64,000 nucleotides of DNA, from assembly GCA_008632985.1 (NCBI GenBank), contig QPGO01000085.1:124001-188000 (forward strand), written 5' to 3'. The notes under the pieces are model-generated. The model was not told where the DNA came from and searched no databases. It saw only the letters and a program-made list of their open reading frames with translations. Positions 57,216-64,000 of the stretch are shown here, in pieces; positions within the stretch are counted from its first letter, which is position 1, and each line of letters starts with the position of its first letter. Origin of the DNA: Psammoneis japonica (taxonomy: Eukaryota). A program made the position numbers and the translations under genes.

Positions 57216-58976
57216 CTAAACGTCCTTTCCTGTCAATCCCTTCCTGTTCTTCTGCATAAGCTTCCTGTTACCCTTATTCATAAAAACCACGCACCACATG
57301 ACCAAACCCAAAACCCAGAAAACAAAAAGCGCATCCATTGGCGCACCCGTAGATGCCATTCCTCCATCAACGTTCACTTCTACGTCTCCCTCCGCCTGCT
57401 TGGGTACAACGCCTTCCAGTTTCATCTGCTGGGGCTGCCTGTGCTCTTGCTGGTAGTATACGAGGTGTGTACGCAAGGGATAAATCGGTTGCGGGTCAAG
57501 ATCGTCGGCGTTTGTATGCAGGTTCTCTACCGGCGAAATTGTCGTATCATACGGAACCCACGTGTGATCTGCACACTTTGTGTTCTACAGACCGCGAAAA
57601 GAGGAAACAATTGAAAATTACAACGGGATCGATATGCATCAAGAGGGGCAGTAGAGTCAAGGTTCAACGTACCAATCGATTTCCCAATTGCTTAGGCAGG
57701 TTAATCCCAACAAACTCATTCAGTTGCTTCAGGCTTCTTCGCTTGCCCAATCCATAGATCCCCAAATTGGCTTGGATCTTGTCGGAGGTTTCCTCTCCGA
57801 TACCCAAAAAGGATCGAATCCTTTGCAAAGATTCCTGCCGCAATCGTTCGCGTCGTTTCTTGATCCATTCCTGCTTGCCGTGTTCCGCAGCCGCATAGTT
57901 GTGCAGCACAATGTGTTGGGTGGGTGTGTAGACATCGTAGCCGCGTGTCCAGAAACGGGCAAAGCGTGGAAACTGCTCTGCGCCCAAAATGTAGGGCGCA
58001 AACGAATCGTAAGGAGCCGATTCTTCCAATGGCACTTGGAAAAGGCAAATGCCGCGGACCAAGCGTGAGATAGGAGCGGCTTGGTAAGACCCTCAACATG
58101 GCCGTCTGCCGGAGATTCATAGTCCTATCGGGAGAAAGAATAGTAAAAGATGAGAAACGCAAAGACTCAGTCATCGTAGACACAAACACTTGTCAAGCAC
58201 TTACAGGAATATCCGTTCCAGAATATCGCACCAGACACTGCCTCGGCACCGGGTCAGACAACTTCCGTGCGGGCACCGTGCTCAGAATGGCAAATTCATT
58301 CTGAATCGAATTCCATTCTTGTTGCGCCAGTGCGTCCCAGTTTTTCACAAAAGACATATGGGCGTCAATCTGCATACAATACTCCTCGTTTCCTAGAACC
58401 TTTCGTCCCAAGGCTCGGGCGTCACTGGGACCCTTGGCAGCAATGTTGTACTCTGCCACCATGCGAATGTTGTTGTAGTATGGGCAATTCTTGTCCTGGC
58501 CTTTTGCCTGCATGGTGACTTTGGTAGTGTCCGCACGAATCGAATGCTTCTCCAAAAAGGGTGGGACACCTAGCACATTGCATGTTATGTTGATGTATGC
58601 GTGAGATGGAGTTCGAGAGAGATTGCAAAGCAGTTGGAAAACTTACCATAGAGACGGCAGTAAGATTCAATGCAGTATCGTCTCCTGGCGCTGTCTGTTC
58701 AATCAAGCCAACGTGTACTTTGCTCGGATCCTTAGCGTTTTCAAACAGACTCTTGATGGTCTGAGCACATCGTTTTCCGTCTGAATTGCGGTAGGGTTAG
58801 TTTTTTAAATGCTACCGGTATGCAATGACGAACTGCAAACTTACCTCGAAAGGACGGAATGACACAAAAATCGTTCCATCACCGCCCTTAACTGGGGGTA
58901 CGGGGACGGTAGAACCGCTGGTAATATCGTCATTGCTGACTGGGATCCATTGCTTGCCGTCGTGCACCTTCGCCAT
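57216..58976 (-). CDS. GT60 family N-acetylglucosaminyltransferase (Skp1-hydroxyproline GlcNAc-transferase-like), multi-exon, C-terminal TM; apparent 1-nt frameshift in exon 1
   Basis: IPSFR|DGKRCAQTIKSLF, KGPSDAR, EYCMQIDAH, GAEQFPRFARFWTRGYDVYTP. Confidence 0.8.
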
Positions 58977-59417
58977 GGTTGCTTTTTGTTTGTTGCATCG
59001 CCACACACCAGTCTTTCTTGCGGTCATTCTGTTCGCGCGATCTTCGCACGCAGAGTCGACAAAATTTACTATTGTAAAAATAGTAATATGTTTCTATTCA
59101 AGCGCGAATAATATTCATCGGAACGCCGTTAGCATCACAATCTGATGACGCTGTTGCTCTCACTTTTTCAACTGCCGCCCCAACGCACCACCGCACCTTT
59201 TGTGTTGGCTTGGATGCACACAAAAGGTCTCCACCAGAGACGAAACAGGATCATTGGATATTCGTTCGCCATGAAGACTTACAATACAACAACTGTTCTC
59301 ACTGTTGCTCTGTTGCGTGGTTCCTTTTCACCGTTTCATTAAATGTTTGGGTGAAAAGGCGACGAGTAACAACCATGAGGAACCTCAAATGAGCAGCCGT
59401 GTTGTTCCACGAGCGCA

Positions 59418-60521
59418 GTGGCTTCGTCAACAAGGAAGCATCCAAGCCAGTTTCCGCCGATTGAAAAACAAAAAACCAACATCGTTCCAAACAAATTCAT
59501 GAAAGAACGAAAGATCGTCCGGCGGGATCATTGGAAATATGTACAACGCCACAGAGGCCAAACAGAACAAGGCAGAGAACAACTTTTCAGCCAGAGACGT
59601 ACCAGGAGGAATGAAAATGCTCCCACAATATCTTTTCGGCCAGATATTATGAAGAATTTGGATAGCTTGAAGAACGACCCAAGGCGGACACTAGTTCATT
59701 TACATATCGGCAAGAGTGGTGGTACATCATTTGATAAGATTGGGGACGATATCGCAAAAGACTCGGGACGAAACTATGTCGGTCATCGTCACTTTGATTG
59801 GTCTTATATTGACAAGCTATCGAATGTCACAAAGGTAGACGTTGTCATGTTCTTGCGACACCCCGTCCCTCGTGCAGAAAGTCATTTCTATTTCATAAAG
59901 AACCAGATATGGACAAGGCAGCTTCCAATGTACAACCAAACAATCGAAGAGTACCTTCATGATCCAAAATCATTGTTACAATGCCGTGATGTGTGGCAGG
60001 ATCAACAAGCATCCATCATGTGGCTGACAGGAAACCACATTGCCAAGTGGGCACACGGTACAGGACAGATACCTCCCCAAGAAAGAGACGAAATGGAGCA
60101 GCGAGGGTTGGACTACGTCAAGATGTGCCATCTTGCAGCAAAGCGGTTAAATCAAACACTGTGGTTTGGTATCTTGGAGGACCGTGAACGCTCAATGGAG
60201 CTCTTACAACATGCCCTCAAGCTCGACTATAGGCCTGAGCTCCCAACTGCCAACACTGGGGGGAGAAAAAAGCAAGCTCAGCCACTCTCCGAATGGTCCC
60301 GAAGCGCGCTCGAATCTCTCATGCCACAGGATATCTGGCTCTATAATTACGCCAAGACTTTGTTTGAGGCACGATGGGTTGAATACAAGACTGGAGTCTT
60401 TACGGAACCAGAGTTGCCACCCCTGCCAGATTTGCCTTGCAGATCGACCCGCTTCGAGCTGAATTGCACATCGGGACCACTGGCTGAGTCGGGACCCCTC
60501 CACTTTAAGCACATATTTTAG
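59418..60521 (+). CDS. Sulfotransferase family 2 (heparan-sulfate/carbohydrate sulfotransferase-like); 5' end uncertain or frame-disrupted
   Basis: HLHIGKSGGTS (5'-PSB), FLRHPVPRAESHFY (3'-PB), WFGILED, DIWLYNYAKTLF. Confidence 0.8.
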   Translation: MASSTRKHPSQFPPIEKQKTNIVPNKFMKERKIVRRDHWKYVQRHRGQTEQGREQLFSQRRTRRNENAPTISFRPDIMKNLDSLKNDPRRTLVHLHIGKSGGTSFDKIGDDIAKDSGRNYVGHRHFDWSYIDKLSNVTKVDVVMFLRHPVPRAESHFYFIKNQIWTRQLPMYNQTIEEYLHDPKSLLQCRDVWQDQQASIMWLTGNHIAKWAHGTGQIPPQERDEMEQRGLDYVKMCHLAAKRLNQTLWFGILEDRERSMELLQHALKLDYRPELPTANTGGRKKQAQPLSEWSRSALESLMPQDIWLYNYAKTLFEARWVEYKTGVFTEPELPPLPDLPCRSTRFELNCTSGPLAESGPLHFKHIF

Positions 60522-60589
60522 AATGGTAAATAATCCTGGGCTTACTCAGTAAAGACTGCTTGTGTCTTTCTTTATGAATAAGCTGTCAT

Positions 60590-61990
60590 TTACTGTTTGG
60601 CTGCTTGATGTTTTCTCATGTTCAATTCCTCCAACTTCTTGTCCATTTCATCTGCAATCTCTGTGGAGTGAAATTCCTTTTGGAAGAGGTGTTTGATTGT
60701 CACTGCCCTGTCCCTTTCTGCATTCCCCATGGATGCTTTCTCTTTGCATTTTGAATCCTGACCATGTCCAAGCAGCACCCATGGTCAGAGAGAAAATGAG
60801 CATGTTCAAAAACATCTCTCTTTTCCCCATTCTTGATGGTCACTCTCATCTTGCCCCATCATCCCACATTTGTTCACACTGGTGGTGTGTCATCTGTCAT
60901 TTTTGCTGAGAGCAAATTTCCTTTGGATGTTGCTTTTGCAGCTTGCAGCCAGCCATTTCATGCTGACTGTGGAGAGGTGCCAACCTTGCTTGTGAGTGTG
61001 TCACCACTTTTGGAGTGCTTCTTCTCAACCATCCAGGGCCAACCATCTGCTGGGCTGGTGCAGATGTTTTGGCTTGAAGTGTTCCTTGGTCTTGATTTTC
61101 TTTTTCTGACCCAAACAAAGCCCAGCAACATCAAAATTTTTCAGCCAAGCTGCAAAAAGAGCTTGCGCAAGAAGACCCTTTCTCCTGCTGCTGTTTGCAG
61201 CAACTTGGTGCACCACAGAAGCTCTCATGCCCCCCACACCCGGCGGCAGCACTTTTTGTGTGCTGAGGCATGCAGTGTGGATCTGCCGCCAGTGCAGCAG
61301 CACCACACACTTGTGACTTGCATGGGGAGCTTGTGCTGGGAACTTGTTGCACATTTGTGGTGGCAAAGATGAGCAGCTCCCAATGCAGCAGGATCACATT
61401 AAATATTGCACACAACACACAAAGCAGCCCAAAAGCCACTTTTTGTCCAGACTGCACAAGAACATCTGGCCCACTTTTGCACCCGCACCACCTTGAGATG
61501 TGCTTGGCATTGCTGTGTTCCCATTTCTCTTCTTTGTCTTTTTTGTTCGGCATCATCGTGTCTGTTGGTCAAGGAGAATTCAAATGAGCAGCAGCATTTG
61601 AGCACGATGATTCAAATGAGCAGCATTTGAGCAAAGGAGCAGCATCGGAGCAAATGAGCAGCATTTGAGCACTTTTGAGCACATTTTGGCACTTTTGAGC
61701 ACTTTTGAGCACAACTGGCAATGATTTGAGCACAATTGGTGATGTCATGAGCAAATTGGCGATGACATCAGCAGAAGTGGCAACAGCAAAATGAACAAAT
61801 GTTTCAAATTGAATGAAGACAAGAGGAGCCAAATCATGCAGTGCATGCACACTGCAGCCACAAGGACACACAGGATTTGCAGCATCTTCATCTTGAGGAT
61901 GTGCCGCCTGAGGCAGAAAGATGTTTGTTGGTGTGCGCGCCGTGCACTGTGGCATTGATTTGAATCTTGTTTTGGCAGACTCATCTGTGA
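60590..61990. repeat. Degenerate repeat-derived DNA including a short tandem array (TTTGAGCAC-like, about 61580-61735)
   Basis: TpA- and CpG-depleted; repeated gagcacttttgagcac / aaatgagcagcatttgagca units. Confidence 0.55.
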
Positions 61991-62049
61991 CACATCCACT
62001 CTCTTGATCACAGACCAGTGGTTGCTTGGTGGTGGTGACAGTTGATTCA

Positions 62050-63920
62050 GTGGTTCTGAAGGGACAAGCCAGCACCAACTTCCCATGTGGGACAGTGCCG
62101 GCTCATCTGGCTGGATGGAACTCAAGATCTGCAAAGGCAGAAATGAGTTGCACATGCAACTGCAATGCTCATGCAAGTGTTGACAAAACCACATGCTTCA
62201 GAGTGGGGTCTTTGCCATTTCTCTGAGAGTTTGGCAACAATGGCATGCAGGGCAGCTTTTCTTCTTTTCTGATTGACCCGTCACATGACACAACCAAAGG
62301 GGCAAAGTGGCATCGTTGGTCAAGGCAAGGCTTGAGGCACTTGCACTTTTTCTCCTTTTCATGGGCCTCTGGGACTTTTTCTGGATCTTTCAAGTGATGC
62401 AATTTTGCATCCGTGTCTGCAACTTGGACATCAAACATGGCATCAGTCAATCTTTGTCACCAACCTCACACTGGAATGTCACCTCGGTCACCTGTCTTTT
62501 GACTTGCGAAGGTTCTTGGAGACATTGGCTTGCCCACTCTTCTTGGTGTTGTCCACTGAGCTCCTTGAGTTGTGGATGGGGTTGGTTTTGAGGTTTGTCA
62601 CATGCTGAAGAGGGCTTGGTGGATTTGCCAAAAAGATCAGCCAGCTCGTCTCTGACTTTGTCATGTCAAGAGATGACTGGGCCACTTTCTTGCACTCCAG
62701 TGCATGTTGTGTAGAAAATTTGCATCCATGTCCATCACACTCCTGGGGCAGGTTGGGAGGTGTTTCAGCACAGTGCACATGAAGGGCATCATGGAATTCG
62801 TTGCTCGACAGCTCCACTCCATTCACGATGGAAGGGTGGACAGACAGCCAAGCACCTGTTTGTGTGCTTCTTCGCGTGGCTCTGGCTTTCTTGTCCTGCA
62901 GAGTGCTGAGGCCATTGCAAAGTTTGCACTTGTTTGCAACATTCTTGTGCTCCAGAATGGTTGACTTGACTTCTTGGAGGTTTCTTGGTGAACCGCCGAT
63001 TGGAACTGAGCGCTCACCAGGGTGCTCGATTCACAGTTGTCTGGGGCAGACTTTGTGGGATGAGGGATTGAAAGTCCAGAAAATTTGATGGGTGGGGCGG
63101 ACAGGGCAATCCTGGGATCATCTTGGTCAACGTGTCATTGAAGAGTGCCGGCAGGAAGTGACAAGTGATCGCTTCCTCACTCTCTGCAAACGAGTCACAC
63201 CGCAGTTCTTCGCCACACACTGGACGCATTGCCACTCATGTTGCAGAGATTTTTGAATCCCTGCATGCACCATCTGGGGACACTTTGCTGCAATGTTGGC
63301 TGGACCTTTGACTGCGCTTGTCCACTTCTCGGACTTTTCCTCCATTCATTTCCTGAGTTCTTTCTCCCCTCGCCGATGAAACCGCCACATGGCGTCTGCC
63401 TCTTCCAGTGGTGACAGAGAAGCCAAGGTCACCAAAGTGACACTTTGCTGCCTCCAAGTTGCAACTTGTGACTGCTGAGATGTTCTTCTCATTGTCGTCG
63501 GGGTGACATCTGACTTGTGAACCTGGGGGGCTCTCGCAAGCGCAGGAAGAATGCTCTGATTCTTTCAAACCTTCCTGCGGCAGCTGAGTTGTCAGCACAC
63601 CATGGTGTGAACATGCCAGGGAATTCTTCATTGAGTTGCTTGACTGGTGGCAGAAGTCCCAGTCCGCAAGCAACCATTGCAAGCAGGTCGCCCTGCGTGA
63701 CACCTTCCTTGCGAAGAGGAAGAATGCCGTGCCGAAGTGTCCCCTCGGATGACTGGGACACTCCAATGCTTGCAGCAGTCAAATGTGAATCGGGTGCCAG
63801 AGGGCCAGATGTGTCCAACGCTGCAGAGCATTGGGATCCCATTCTCCTCGTTGAAGCCGTTGAAGGTGTCGATGAAGAGGAATCCGAGTTCGTCTTCGAA
63901 TTTGTTCTGACACAAAGAAT
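62050..63920 (-). mobile_element. Decayed CRE-clade non-LTR retrotransposon (RT, CCHC, restriction-like endonuclease)
   Basis: GFLFID..NGFNE, EGVTQGD, PWCADN (from YADD), ELSSNEFHDAL...CDGHGCKF..HALEC, FDVQVADTDAK...EKEKKCKC..PC...HFAPLVVSCDG. Confidence 0.85.
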
Positions 63921-64000
63921 TGACACGGGATCCACGGGTGCACCCGGGAATTGCGGGATGAAAGGGGAAAGGGGCAAATGGGAATGTTGGGAAAGCAAGG

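Noticed and set aside
61131..61556. Possible Ulp1/C48 protease remnant (…ISRW…IFNVILLHWELLIF), with a similar hint at 29141-29545
   Set aside because: Too degraded to support by eye; needs an HMM search after back-mutation.

Overview
Eukaryotic nuclear DNA, almost certainly a diatom (GT-AG introns, bipartite plastid presequences, CoDi-type Ty1/copia). 1-25 kb is gene-dense: GFA protein, secreted Pro/Ser-rich protein, GH16 glucanase, zeta-carotene desaturase, RNA 3'-phosphate cyclase, aldehyde dehydrogenase, a PhnD-like binding protein, an AT-rich foreign-looking insert and an ankyrin/coiled-coil gene. 25-54 kb and 60.6-64 kb are transposon graveyards: a copia element with both LTRs, LINE and CRE remnants, and nested TIR elements. 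Three more coiled-coil paralogues, a GT60 glycosyltransferase and a sulfotransferase lie around or between them. The most striking signal is that repeat domains have lost almost all TpA as well as CpG. Pairwise comparisons inside the window (LTR vs LTR, TIR vs TIR, tandem units, conserved Tyr codons) show directional TpA->CpA/TpG hypermutation acting after integration. This is the reverse of fungal RIP, is domain-restricted and spares promoter-like islands, so it is a candidate undescribed genome-defence or heterochromatin mutator. All alignments and counts were done by eye.
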